Part shown: one piece after another, positions 24,431-38,960 of the stretch | How the letters are laid out: the number at the start of each line of letters is the position of its first letter | Numbering within the stretch: the stretch's first letter is position 1 | Origin: Octopus vulgaris | Taxonomy: Eukaryota | DNA length: 64,000 nucleotides | Reading direction: 5' to 3' | NCBI GenBank assembly: GCA_951406725.2 | Contig: OX597824.1 | Span: 45,012,001 to 45,076,000 of the forward strand | Program-made: the position numbers and the translations under genes | The notes under the pieces: generated by a model | Seen by the model: only the letters and a program-made list of their open reading frames with translations | The model's database searches: none | Told to the model about the DNA's origin: nothing

Positions 24431-25627
24431 AAAAAAATTTTCCTTTGAACTTTCATACTTTTTAATGTATTCTTAACCATTTTTTTTCTATGTATATATA
24501 TCTGATATAAGATTTACACATTAGCTAATGAAATAATTTATTCAGTTATTTTCTGTTTTAGTATAACTTATGAGTCGAAAAACATGTTCTGTCTTGAAAG
24601 ATATACCACTCTTTCACCTTACCTACTAAAGAATGTTTCTGAAGTAAATAGCAGATTTACTAGTATGTTCTGGCTTTTCACACTTCCACATAATTAAAAT
24701 TGACCTAGGTACTGCCTGTGTTACCTTGTAACCTATTTCTGACTATCACTGGATAATAAATGTCTTTGCTTCCTAATAGCTGGTTTTGGTCTTATGCAAG
24801 TCTACAAGTTATACTTTTAACATCAAAAACCTGCAATTTCATTCTCTTGCACTGACCCTTATGATCAACCTCTGCATATTTGTGTTTTGAGGTTAATGTG
24901 TGTCATCTGAAAACAAAACTCATTCTTCAAAGAGGGAATGTTGTGTGAAACCATTCAATTACTGTCTAATTGCTGTTACATTTAACAAAGAGAAGCACAA
25001 TAAAGTAGTTCTTGGCCATTTTTATATTGTACTAGGAATTTTTCAAAAGTTGATAGTTAAACAGAAACACATTATAATATAGAAATTAAAAAAAGGACAA
25101 ATATTAAAATTTTTTTCTTAAACTTATTCTATTTTTAAGGGTAATTTCTAAGATGGATATATGTTTATGATTATTTTAAACACATCTGTCACTGATTATG
25201 TGTATAATCTGTATTACCTGTGAAGTTCAGTTTTCATACATCTGATCTAAACACTTTCTCTGAAGTCTTTGATTTATTTATACCAAGGATACTTTTTATC
25301 ATCAATTTATAGCAACATTTTTGTTAGATATTTTCCAATCACATTTCAGGATCATCTTGTTACATACATCAGCAAGTAATTCTGATTCCAAACTGCATTC
25401 TCATTTTGCTTATGCTCAACTTATTTTGTAAAAAAACTTGTTTTTATTTAGTACATTAATTAAGAGGGAACATAACATTTTTGAGCATATTGTGAAGTTG
25501 ATTGAAATGACTGGATTTCATTATTGATACCTCGTGAAACCTATAAGAAGTGGCAGTCCTGACATCATTTAAATTTTAAATAGTGATGTACAAGATAGAA
25601 ACTTAAATATTTAACTTTTAACTACCC

Positions 25628-25743
25628 GAGTTCTGTTCTGGTTCTTCAAATGGTTTCAGGATAAATAAAAGAGGAGAGCCAAGTTTAGTGTGAAAATTAT
25701 CTTGTCAATTTCTCTTTTTTAACATAGACTAAGTAGGCAGTTT
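25628..25743 (+). repeat. ~116-bp dispersed duplication, copy 2
   Basis: Near-identical to 22563-22679. Confidence 0.92.
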
Positions 25744-26714
25744 ATTATCATATATTCAAATAATCTAAAAATTTTTTTTTTTTACTTTTTCATTTTTTAC
25801 TCTCTGCAAACATAGCTTCAAAGCTTCTATAAATTTCACTTGCCTGAAATTTTAGAGCAGGAGTTTTTATGACCTTTACTAATGCTTTTTTAAAATTTAG
25901 TCTTAAGCCAGGGAGTGGTAACTATTTTCTGTTAAGTAAACTAAGTAAAATAGTTCAGTCATAGAGTTTAAATTTTTGTGACATTTTGGACAATGGTTTA
26001 GTAAGCAAACCACTTAGCTATTGTATTTCTTTACAGAAATTAAACGGACAAATGAATTTTAATTGGTTTATATAAAACATTATCATACAGTCAATTACAG
26101 GTTAATTACTTTATGGTTAGAAATTTGTGCATCTTAACCTTGTCTTAGTTATTTTCACTTGAAAGCTGATGATAATAGCTATGCAATCCAAACCATTTCT
26201 TTAATTGCTAACCAATCCATACACAATTTCTTCTTACTATCTCATTAATGTTGTTAAGTTCTCATTGCCATCTGTAATTATTCTTTGAAAGAGACTGGCT
26301 TTCACCAACCTCAGCAATTGTCCTTTGGATGTGGTTAATTTGCCTAGTTAATTAGTTAATTTTTAGTTACCATTCACTTCATTTTATTGCTATTTATTTA
26401 TTTTTGTCAAATTTTTAAAATTTGCATGTTAATTTCTTGTTGCTGAGTACTTCCATCCAGTTCTGTCTGAATATTCTTGGTTTTAGTCTCATTTTTAAAG
26501 ATGGCAAGGAAGTTAGAAGAAACTTTATTGCAAGATAAGCAGCCCCTACATTAGCTCGAATTTATTTTGTTCTAGAGATGTGTCAACAATAAATGTTGAA
26601 ATTATGAATTTTTTTAAAATTAGTAATTCAGTATTTAATATTTTAACGAGTTTGTAACTAATTCATTTATATTTTTACTGTTGCTGTAAAGAGTTTCTAC
26701 CAGTTAAAAGATTA

Positions 26715-26930
26715 TGAGGAGGTGCTGAAAAGTTCCTGGCTTTGGGTGAAAAAAAATACAAGAGGATCAGTTAATTATGATTTTATCCAACATATTCCCC
26801 TCTCAGATTCACACACTTATCACAGTGATCGTTCAGTTTTTCTAAGCTCTGAAAAAAGCTTGAAAGGTTGGGCCTCCAATCAGGCCTTTTGTGATACCCT
26901 TAGAGTCAGGAACTTTTCCACACACTCTTG
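26715..26930 (+). mobile_element. Tc1/mariner-type MITE
   Basis: TA then tgaggaggtgctgaaaagttcctggct; inverted end agtcaggaacttttccacacactcttg; second partial copy at 51403-51580. Confidence 0.75.
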
Positions 26931-27104
26931 TGTAGTTGAAAGAAAGAAAGAAATGTAGAAAACCCTATATCAATTATGCCACATTCCAGATTCACTTTCA
27001 CTCTTTGTCTATCATGCAGAGACCTTAAGTGTTTTACATAAAGATAAAGATTGATGACGCTGTCAGAAATAAACTAAATATGCTTTGAAAATAGTGTACA
27101 GTAT

Positions 27105-27482
27105 AGGTGTAGCTGTGTGGTAAGAAGTTTGCTTCCCAGCCACATGGTTCCAGCTTCTGTCCCACTGCATGGCACCTTGGGTAAGTGTCTTCCACTATAG
27201 CCTCAGGGCGACCAAAGCCTTGTGAGTGGATTTGGTAGATGGAAACTAAAAGAAGCCTGTTGTGTGTGTGTGTGTGTGTATGTTCATCCCTCCACCATCA
27301 TTTGACAACTGATGTTGGTGTGTTTACATCCCTGTAACTTAGAAGTTCAACAAAAGAGACTGATAGCATAAGTACTAGGCTTACAAAGAATAAGCCTTGG
27401 GGTTAATTTCTTTGACTAAATACCTTTTAAGGTGCTGCTCCAGCATGGCTGCAGTCAAATGACTGAAACAAGTAAAAGAATT
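27105..27482 (+). mobile_element. SINE family A
   Basis: Full-length match to other family A copies. Confidence 0.9.
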
Positions 27483-30037
27483 AAAAAAATATATGGTTTT
27501 CTCTTTAAGCAAACATATGCAAAATAAGACTGGGATGGAAAGGTATGAAGATATTTAGATGATTGCCTGTTCATGCTTTTAGAAAGGGTTTAAAGTGTGA
27601 CTGGAGATATTCATAACAAATAAGTTGTAAGCATGTAGTGAGAAATTCTCGAACCTGGAAGGACAAATACTCTCAAGAAAGAATAGCGTACTCACAATAA
27701 ACAATACATAAATTTAGCTAGCAAATATACTTTAGGAATGGTATACATTCCACTGGAATAACTGGGAAATGTAACCGTGTTGATACATTTTATTTGAAAA
27801 TTTTAGAAAAATTATTTCCTTTTTATGACAATAAGCTATTTTTTAAATCCTTAAAAATATTTTTGAATCACTCTTCTTATCAGTATCTCTCTTTCAGTAC
27901 ACAAGGCTTTGAAAGATTCAATTCAGGGCAAGTATTTTTATCTGGTTCCCCTGTAGCATGCATATCATTACTAAGAAAAACAAATGTATTTCTTCATCTC
28001 AACAAATGAATACATGCATGAAATATTGTCTAATACCATATTGTAAAGTTATGACATCTATATTCTTGTAAAGTTACTTGTAATTGTTTCAGTTACATAT
28101 TGTCATCCTTTCCTCCAAATGAATGTTTTTGATTTTTTTTTAAATCTTCTACTTAGAATTCACATTCAGCTGTAATGAAAATCAGCACTTATATATTTTC
28201 AATAGAATAGAAACATTAAAAAACAATTTTTTAAATCACTTTTAAAATATTTTATGTTGTCCAATCAGTAGTAATCAAGTTGAGGTACATATGTTTGATA
28301 TGTATCTAGTTATAATGTTAGGTAGTGTATATATTGTAGATTTTCCATCTTTCATATTTTTGTTGTTGTCTTTATTTGAAAATGATATGTGTGTAAAATG
28401 ATATGTGCTTGCAAAATTGTGAATAATTATTCAAAACCCATTAATGCATTGTATGTCTTGTTTTTGAAATATTGTGCATTGCTTATTAAATCACCTTCAT
28501 AATAAAGTTATACTCAAGTATTTCTTTATCTAATGTTAGGAAATATATTGATGAGACAAATAGATTAGCAATTATTTGATTTGTGCAAGTTATGAAGAAA
28601 GGCAATAATTTTTAAAGCCTTTAAAGAAATTATTTTCAGATATACATAGTGTCTTTACTAGTTTTTACCTATTTTAACACTGTGAAAATTCAACTATAAT
28701 AAAAAATATTTTTTTTATTTGCTTTTGAATTTGGATTGTTTCTAAAATTATTTATTCTTAGAAAATAATTTTATAGTCTTATAAAAATTTGTAGCTTATA
28801 TTATTTTGATTCTTTTGTTATTTGTATTTGTTTTGCCTGATAGCTTTATGGTGAAAATTGAATGAAGTTTTATATTTCTGTAATTATCTTTTAAGGGACT
28901 TGGTTTTAATATTGGTTTCTAATAATTGGAAAAATAGTTCAACTTGGCTTAGAGTTTAAGTTTCAAATTAAACTTAACATGTTTCATCAGTAGCACAGCT
29001 CATTTTCTGTGTCATTCATGTGTTTTTCTTCCAAAAACTACCTGAATTGTTCTAGCTAATTTTGTAATTCTTTTGTTATTGTGAACGAGCAATATCATAA
29101 TAACTGCCTGGTCTTTTGCCCCAAATACAATCTTCAATGTAGTTTATAAAAATAAGTATTATGAGAACATCTTAAAAAATTTAAGTTTTAATAATTTAAC
29201 CTTATTGTTTAAAGTAATCAAAACAGCATCCATTTAAAAATGATACATTTAAGCTTTAAACTTCACCATGTAATTTGTAGTTTTGTACATATAATAAGGA
29301 ATTTGGTTTCATAATCTAAACTCCATTTTCTAACAAACTTTTATTTGGAACATATTGAATAACTTGATTTCTGCACTGGTGGGGTTTTAAGCTTATGATC
29401 TTAAGATTTAAAGACTGTTTATGATTATAACTTTGTTATATAGAATATTAAGATTATTAAATTTATCATCTAGCATTATGTAAATAAGTATAACTCCTAA
29501 AACTTATTTTAATCATTTGGACTAGTACAATATTTATAGCAGCAAAGGCATCCAGTTATATAGTTGTTGGTTCTTACCATACACTAATGATAAAATTCAT
29601 AATTAAAAAAAGTTGTTAAAAATTTATATGAAATAACTAAAGAGTTGATTGGAAGCTTTTAAAATGTTTGTAAAGAACAAGGTGAAGTAAAATTAACCTG
29701 TTTAATTATGGCCTTAGTTATTTTCCATGTTCATCTGGAATCTTTTAAGTCCAGAAACCTTGTCATATCTTAACTATCATATTATTCTTATTAAAACCTT
29801 TACTTCTACATTATTTATTGCAGAGGAAATATATTTTGTTGATATTATTTATTTAGTACAGAGAGTTGTGAAAGAGAACTTCATATTTTTCAAGTCTTAT
29901 CCTGTTTGCTTCATTTCATCTTTCTTGATGAAATCAAACAGGAATCATAATCAAAGTGAATAATTTAGGTGCTAATAATAGCCCTATTTTCTAACAAAAA
30001 GACTGTAAAAACAGAAGCAGTCATAATTCATTTTCAT

Positions 30038-30071
<34 letters not shown>

Positions 30072-31235
30072 TTATAATTTACATTTTACATTGTTAGTAA
30101 AAAGTAGGTTTCATGAATTCTAAGTTTATTAATCATTTAAGTAACCCTTCAACTCTGCTTCCTTAATGATCACACACAAAATGTGACTAATGAAGATAAA
30201 GAATTTTACTTTGAATCAAGTATTCATAGATATTTTTTGAGATAAGGAATTAAAGACTATGGGAACTTATTGTGTTCTGATTAGGTTGTAACTTCTTTTA
30301 AAAGGACTTTATGATTTGCTGTTATTCTTGTTGTGATGTGTATGTGTGTTTTTCTTTTGGTTACTTGTTTTTTTTTTCTAATCTTTTTTTTTATTCATTT
30401 CATCCATTTGATTTTTAAAGACTTAATCTTTGAATTTATTCAGCGTGAACCTTAATATTGTGGTGGTGCTTATCATTAAAGTGTGTTACCAGATTTTGAG
30501 AGTGTACAAAATGAAAATTTTGCTTTGCTGTCGTTGAATTCAGATTTTGAGATTATTACTTGAAATCTGTACTAATTCAATAATGTGTGTGTGTGTGGAC
30601 ATCAATCATTTCAGAATTATTTCCTAAAATAATCAAATATTGCTGTAGCATTCTTAGAGATTTATCAGTTATATATCTAGGAATATTTTATAAATATAGT
30701 AGATAATAACAACTCAGCCAAATTTTTTGAATTGCATATAACTGCAGTTTGTGTAAGAGACATGTATACATTTTAAATATATCACTTCATGTGAAACTAA
30801 AGTGGCCATTCTAATTATATATGAATAACTGTTAAAAACATTTTGTTCTTTTCAAATGACAGAAAAGAAAGAAAGTAATTTTTATCCTGTTAATAGACTT
30901 CATCGTATAGTATATTTAGCTTAATGATTCTGCATACACAGAATTAAAATCTAACAGAAAAAATCTATGAAGCATAACTAAAAAACATGTAAGGTAATAT
31001 ATATTATATAGACATAATTCAGAATTAAAGAAAAGAGATTACTTTAGTAGGTTACTTGACAAATGTTTTTATTTTTTTATTCCCAAATGATACTTAATCA
31101 TGTATACTGAAAATGTCCTGGACAAAAGCATGACTGCTAAAACTTTTTACCTCACTTGCCTAAAACATTAATCGTTTTTCATGAACATAAATTATATTAC
31201 AAAAATATTTACAGCATTGAGATATAAGTATGGAT

Positions 31236-33364
31236 CAGATATGGCCAACTTATGGCACATGCACAAAAAATGGTGCACTGGATGAAATGGCCCATTGCAT
31301 ACCATCCATAATTGTTCAGTATACATTTGATACTTGTTTCATCCTGAGGCAACTGCCTGCACAGGATTGTTGCAACTTTTTGCTAGTTAGTTTGCAGTTG
31401 AAACTACTATGCTACAGGGCTAAATTTCATTAGTCTTTTGTAAACATTTGCTGATTAGTACTTTATTTTTAAAAAATTAAGTCTTATGCTTACATTATTC
31501 AGCACAGCTCAAAATAAAAATGTGATAGTGTGAAGTGAATAAACAGAGGAGAAAGTGAGCTCTTATCAACAAGTTCTTTATGAAAGCTGTTGTGCAATGT
31601 TTATGATAAGTTTCTCACTTAATAGAAGACATGATCTTGAAGATACTACAAACACATCAACCTAAAATAAAATGAAAACCAAAGCTATTACTTAGTCTTG
31701 AGTAACAAAAAAGGCATGTGATTCAGAAAAAGGAAGAAATCAAAAATAGACGATAATATATTTATAAAAAGTTGATGAAATTGCTGTAGCATTGGTCAAA
31801 AAATGGAAGCCTTTACTTGATGGGTAAGAAATTGTTAGGCCTTATTTGCAAAGTGTCTCAATAATAAAAATATTGTGAGTAGATTAATTTGCTCTCTCAA
31901 AGAAAATAACTATGAAATAAACCAAAGAACTTACTTGTGATGTATCTGAGCAACTGAATGGCTTTTTTTATGTTTGTACTTGATATCTTTATCTTTGTAT
32001 GAATCATCTAACATATGTTATATAGCCTAATTATGTAGTTTTAAAAGAGTAATTAATAGCAATTTTTGTCTGTGAAGAACTTTTGATTTTGAGTCATTTC
32101 AAGGAAAATGAATAGTATCTGACATCAGTATCAGGTTGTGGAATGTATGAGACAAAGCATTAAGCAAATGAGAATTTGGAGAATGATGTGAAATGTTAGA
32201 TTAGGATTATAGTGATCTTGTCTTTGATTGTGAGGTTTGCTGGGTTCTTTGAGGGCAGGTCTATAATCTAGAAGAGAAAACTGAGCTGCCTGAAGAAAGT
32301 CTTTTTATGTGAAAACAATTGGCTATTTGACTTAACTGTCACTACTGTCTCAATAATCAAAATTGAAACTACTGGCAAGAACAAATTGTTTCTTAGCTTA
32401 ATATATGATATCAAGACATTCGAAATAAATAAAATTAAAGCTCAACCAGAAAATGCAGATTTGAACCAGTTTTCATACTTAAAAGCAAAGTATAATGCAC
32501 TGAAGATAATGCCAATTTTCACAAAAAGATGTCAAAAAAATCTAAACCTATTTTTACTTACTTAAATCCTGAAAATGACTATTGACATACAAATAGAATT
32601 TACTGCCTTAAAAACAAATTCTTTATTAAAAATGACATTTTCTCGTTCCAAATACTCTTGAGTCATGTGAACAAATATTTTCATTCATGAAACTGATAAA
32701 ATAAATCAAAATAAAGTTGTGATTAACTGATTCAGATTTGAAGAATTTCCTACTCTCTCAGTAACAAATTTACTCTAAATATTCAAAGTATGAAAAAATC
32801 AAGTCATAAAAATCTCATTAAAATATGCAATACTTACATTGTTTTTTATTATATCCTCATCATTAATGATTTAAAGTCCACTTTTCCATGCTTACATGGA
32901 TTAGACAAAATTTGTTGAGCCAGATTTTTCTGCAGCTGGGCACCTTTCTTATAACCAACTCACACCTATTTCTGAGTAAGGTAATATTTCCTCTAGTCCT
33001 TTGAACATAGAAACAGCAGAATAGCTGGACATGCTTTCACAGAAGATTATAAATGAATGATACTCTTGTATGCTGATGACATTTTATATATACATATGAT
33101 GGGCTTTCAATTTCCATCTATCAAACCTACTTACAAGTTTTTGATCAATGTGGCGGTGTAGTAGAAAACACTTGCTCAAGGTGCCACAGTGGGACTGAAC
33201 TGTGGTTGGGAAGTGAACTTCTTAATCTCACATGTAAAAATCTAAATATATCTATATTAACATTTTATACAAGTCTTGAATTGGGTACAAGATCTGTGAT
33301 GTGCATCTGAACTCATGCATGAAAAGAAATTGGCACATTGACTGGAAAATTGTGTCCATACCTC
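31236..33364 (+). mobile_element. Decayed hAT (Charlie/SPIN-like) transposon with transposase remnants and nested SINEs at 32860-33230
   Basis: Remnant peptides KKWKPLLDG, SLYESSNICYIA*LCSFKR (cf. LDESTD...AQL..F.R), WLFDL and GKNKLFLSLIYDIKTFE; weak inverted ends cagatatggccaac / gtgtccatacct. Confidence 0.65.
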
Positions 33365-35279
33365 ATAGATTATCTTGGTTAAAAACCAAAAATTTGAGTT
33401 ATAATTTATATAATTATTTTTGTGATTTAGTTGATGTATTGAAAATATTTAATCATAGTGTCTGATCCATTCAAAAGAATTCCAGATGTTATTAATATAA
33501 AAAATATTTTCTCTTTAAACAAAATTTTGTTTGGATGATTGATATATAAAAAGTATCAGTTTATATAACAGTATATGTAAAAGAATAAAATCTTGAGAAA
33601 ACTGTATCATTCTTCAGTGATTGAGATTTACAAACACTTTGCTTTTTGCTTATAATGAAAAGAAAAGAAAAACACCAGGAGTTTTGTTATGAAAATAGCA
33701 TAGATTTAAGTTTAGAAATTATATGAAGTATAATTGTCAAGTACATCTACAGAAATATACCGATTTAAGGGAATTAAATTATATAGATTGAAAGAGGAAA
33801 CAACTTTGAAATTTCGTTCTGATGAAGTAAATATTGAAATACTAGTGTTTCAGAGTAGATAAAACATGATCTGTTAAAAAGGTTGTCTACTAGTGGAAAA
33901 CCTGAACTCTGCTATTGGAACAAATGAAATCTTTTATTTTTCATGTTCCCATTTTATCTCTATTTTCTTTCAAATCCATTTTTTGGATGTTTGGATGCAT
34001 TTTTTTTTTTTTCTTTTTTTTTGATCTGTCAATTCACAGTAAAAGTAATCATTATTGAAGGAAGATATTTTCTTTTTAAATGAATTATACAGAGCTCAGA
34101 AAGCCCTTTGTCTGGCTAGACACTGGAAACTGTTATTCTTTTAATACTAACATTAAAAGTGTGCAAGAAAAACCATAAACCAATTAAGGCAAACTTTTGT
34201 TTTAATTTCCTTAAATCAAGATCAATATAATAAATATTCATAACTCAAGTTACATTATTTTATTCATATAACTTGTGAGAAACTGGATTTGCCAGTTACT
34301 AGTAAGTAGTGTTTGGTCAACTAACAGTAAATATGTATTTGTTAGATGTGTACAAGGGGTCATAGAAATTTCATCCTATTATTGTTGTATATTTCAAATG
34401 TACTAAATATACGTTAGTAATAAGAATTATTCAGTGTATACATCTATAATATATAAAAATAATATACTGTCATTCAAATGTATTGTCTTTATTTTATTCA
34501 CAACCATTTGCATAGTTATTTTAGTGTATTTCTTGGGGTGGGGGAACTGTTTTGAAGTTTGTTATTTCACAGTGATTTAGTATACTTAAAATTAACTTTA
34601 TTTATGAAAAATAGAAGTTTTTATTGACTCTAAGGAAATTCTTTACCTTCTCATAAAATCTTAATAGTTAAAAGGGAAATTATTTCTTGCAAAACCACAC
34701 AGATATGGATTTCAGAAAAGAAAAATTGAATGCCATCCTTTTCTCAAGGACAGTAACAAAGCAAAAATATGCTTTTGTTCATTTATAGGAAATATTACAA
34801 CAATACTTAGAAGTGTATTCATAGTTGGCATGAATTTCATTTTACTATCACAATGTAAGAGTAGTGAAGATGACCACATTTCTTTTATTGAATTTAGTTT
34901 CTCATTATTCATAGTTCAAATTCCACTGGAGCTGGAAGTGTCTTTTATCCACTGGAGGTGTGTGGGTCAATAAGATAACTTCCAAAGACTGATTATATCA
35001 ACTTTATCCCCTTCAAATACAGTTGTCCTTGTGTCTTGAAAACAACTCATTTAGTAACATTCCAATGCTGGTTTAAGAAAATAATCCATACTCTATTTAA
35101 ATCTTAAGTAAAATCATCTGATGTGGGTTATGGGCATTTGAAATTTTGAATAATAAAGCACATTTCTGGGTATTCTAAATAATTTTTTATAATATTTAAT
35201 TACCCTAGATAGTTTCCAATTGCTATGTTACTAGACCTTATCTGTTTAATTGGGATAACCTTAAATTAAAGAGTAGCTT

Positions 35280-35427
35280 AAATTAAGTAGCTTGCTTACC
35301 ATCCACATGGTTCTGGGTTCAGTCCCACTGTGTAGAACCTTGGACAAGTGTCTTCTACTATAGCCTTGAGCCAACCAAAGTCTTGTTAATGGATTTGGTA
35401 GACAGAAACTGAAAGAAGCCTGCCGTG

Positions 35428-35466
<39 letters not shown>

Positions 35467-35672
35467 GTATGTGTTTGTGTTTGTCTCCCCACCATTGCTT
35501 GACAGCCGATGTTGGTGTGTTTACATCCCTGTAACTTAGCAGTTCGGCAATAGAAACTGATAGAATAAGTACTAGGCTTACAAACAATAAGTCCTGGAGT
35601 CAATTTGTTCAACTAAAGGCAGGGCTCCAGCATTGCCGCAGTCAAATGACTGACACAAGTAAAAGAAAAGAA
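35280..35672 (+). mobile_element. SINE family A
   Basis: Full-length match with internal (TA)n. Confidence 0.9.
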
Positions 35673-36371
35673 TATATATAAAGGAACAAAAATAGCTCTT
35701 TTTCATCTCTTAACTATGTAGAATAGATTTTCAGATATTAAGGGGTGTGGGTCAGGTAACAAGCCAAATAAAAATCATTGGACTGCTCTTGTAAAGTTTT
35801 CTAGTCTATCACAGACTATGTAATAGAGTATAAAGACCTCTGATCATTTTTCCATTTGGTTTAGTATGATCTCAGATCTTTATTTAGGAAAATAACATTC
35901 TCATAAGTTGTGAAGAGATATTATCGTCCATGACTGTGATATAATGGAGATAACATTCAGAAAGCTGTTGTTGTTGCTACAGATGATTATTATGTATCAA
36001 GTAAGCAGTGATGTGAAACTGCTACTGCTATTGCTGCTGCTGCTAATCTGCAAATATAGTAGTCCTTTACCACTCCTTTTTTTTTTTATTATTGTTGTTC
36101 TCCTAGCAAGCTAAGTCTGACTCATTTTGGATTTTTAGTTAAAGCTGTTTCACTTCATTCACATTGCTAATGTCTATGGTAAAAGCAAAACTTTCCCTTT
36201 TAGTTTTTGTAAAAATATAAGGCTTAAGCCATGTTTGAGTATACTATATGCAGTTGAAATAATGTCTAGGAATAAAACTGTGTAGACCTTAAAATATAAT
36301 AGACAATCAGTTTATTTTAGTTTGACTTCCATAAAGAACAAGAATATTATATTTGAGTGTAGACTAATAAC

Positions 36372-36530
36372 TTAATCTATTGAAATTACTGCCATAAAAA
36401 ATTCATTAGCATTAATGACAATTTTTTCCAAGGAAGCCAAGGAAAAGAACTTCCATGCCTTTCCTGACAAGAACTATCATTAATGCTAATGATTGCTCTT
36501 CTCATTATGGGTATAATTTCAATTAATTAA
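36372..36530. repeat. Imperfect ~160-nt hairpin with 90-nt core (36403-36492)
   Basis: tcattagcattaatga and tcattaatgctaatga are perfect 16-bp inverted repeats; pairing continues inward and outward. Confidence 0.8.
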
Positions 36531-38018
36531 AAATCCTTTTTGACTCAATATATTGACATCTAACTATATATTCTTTATGCAGAAGGCATTCCTGAGAAAT
36601 TTCAAATGCTATTAATTTAAATTGCCTAACTGGTGAATATTTATCTTAATAGTTTGAGATTTATAGTACAAGGAAAATATTTTGCATGATTGAATAATCT
36701 GTAAAGCAATTTTTAATTCTTGATTCTTATATATTATATATTTTCATTTATAAATCTGCTGCATGTAATAGAAGTGTGTATATATGTTGCACTTTTGTAT
36801 ATCAGCTTATGTACCTTTTATTTTGTGGTATGTGTGGTTATGTATTAATAAAATCTTCAGTATTGTGCTTCATTATAAAATGCATCTCTGAAAATTAAAG
36901 TAATATTTTTTTAATGGTGAAAAGTCATTTAAAAATCAATTACTTTCAATTTCCATAAATGAAATTTTCATTATCAATTAAACTATTCTTGACCAGATCA
37001 AGACAGATTAAAATAGTTGTAACACTTGATTTCTGAGTTTCATGGCTTCATCTTTTTAGAGTTCATCATTTGTTGAATGTTAATTTATGCTGGCATGGGT
37101 TGGATGGGTTGACAGGATCTGATGGGTCTGAGGATTGCATCATTCCCTAGTGTCTGCTTTGACATGGTTTCTACGGCTGGATAGTGCCAGTCACTTAATG
37201 ATATGTACTGGATTTTTTCCACCAGCACTAGTAAGGTTATACAGATAAAAGAGCCTCTTTGACTGAGTGGTGCTACAGTAGAAAGAGAGCTGGCTTTATG
37301 CTCAGAGCTGAGTGGTTAAAGTATGGAAGAAAGAAAGAGAGCACTTCTTTTGCTACATGGCTATTCACACTACTGAAGAGTAGGGTGGGAGTAATAGGGG
37401 TGGAACTGGAAAACGAGGTAAAATAGCAGTGATGAGGTGCCAAGGTAGACACACATACACCCTGGCAAATGGCCTATTAATCTGGATACTTTATAGTTTT
37501 ATAACTGCTAAGATAACATACACTAAAACTTTTGAAAATGGTGTGAATACTTAATTTAAACCTGCCTTTGTTCACTGATTCTAGTCTTTTCAACTTCTAT
37601 CTCTGTTATACCTATCTTTGTTGAAAAATGAAATATTGATGAAAATGATGAATGACTTATCATCTATGACTAAGACTGACAATGATTCAGTCTTGTGAAT
37701 TTTCCATATGCTACAATGTTGTCTTGTGATGGAGTTGCTATATAACCTAAAATTAGCTTTTGAAAAAAATGAGAAGGGTTTTGAAAATTGTAGGAAAGTT
37801 TAATTTGACTGAGAATAGATTTCATTGAAAAAGTAGAATAAAATTACCTTGAAAGTGTAAAAATATTTCTCTCTATAGTAAAAATTACAATCATTGCCAA
37901 GATGCATTTTTTCTTTCTTTTTTTTTTTATAAGTCAGCAAAAAAGAATTAAAAACTGTCAATGAAAGCTACAATAAATTGGGAGCAAAAGGGCCTACATT
38001 TGTTAAAACTCAAATAAT

Positions 38019-38960
38019 AAATGATGACATACACATTCATTCTTAATATGCTCCAGCAAACTTGGACTTGAATATACTAATCGCTGTTGTATTTCATCAT
38101 TGGACAATAATTTCTCCTTTCAGGTGAATATGTGTTCATAACACTTGAGTTATTAGAGTAAGGGGACTTTGGAAAACTGATGTTTCAACTTTGTTGTGTT
38201 TCTTCAACCAAAACTATCTCAGACTAATGAATCTAACAAGAATTTTGGGCTCTTGTTTATAGGATTCAGTAAACAAATTGTTGCTGATGTATATTTGCCA
38301 ACCAATAATAGCCATGTGGATGGTAAACAGTGAGAATCAGAATGATGATATATTCATTTTTAAGATATTCTGGTTAGATTTAAATGTGATTAACTAATTA
38401 CTGTTGTATTTTGTCGTTGGAAAACAATTTCTCCTTTCAGTTGAATGTGTGTTCATAGCACATTCAATTCATTGGATAGTGGGGCTTTGGGAATCACTGT
38501 TTTGTCCTTGTTGTGTCCCCTCAGCCAAAGCTACCAATAAATTTGAGTTTTTGGAGAAGAGTTAATGCAACAGTGATTAGCATATCACATTTAAATCTGA
38601 TGGAGTATATTAGAAATGAATATGTATGTTATCATTTTTATTTTCACTTTTTACCATGCACATAATGATTTATTATCCATTGGCAGACATTAGCAAATAT
38701 TTTTTTCACTGAATCCTATAAATAAGAGTCAAAGTATCTCCTGTAAGACTCATTGATCTGGGGGTAGCTTTGGTTGAGGAGACATACAACAAGATTGAAT
38801 CACAGGTGTCTTAAAGTCCCCATATCCAAATGAATTATGTTATGGACATACATTTGTCTAAAAGGTTATGTTCTGCAATGACAAAATGCAATAGCAATTA
38901 ACATATTCACGTTCCAATCTGCCAAAATGTATTTTAACAATGAATATGTGACATTGTTTT
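38019..38960. repeat. ~320-bp unit present as ~1.6 direct and ~1.25 inverted copies
   Basis: aatttctcctttcag and c..ccaaa.cta recur ~317 bp apart; tttataggattcagt (38256) pairs with actgaatcctataaa (38708). Confidence 0.8.

Noticed and set aside
38109-38480. Mutually exclusive coding exons after the duplicated acceptor-like sites
   Set aside because: In the required phase both give an immediate TGA stop, and no Girdin similarity
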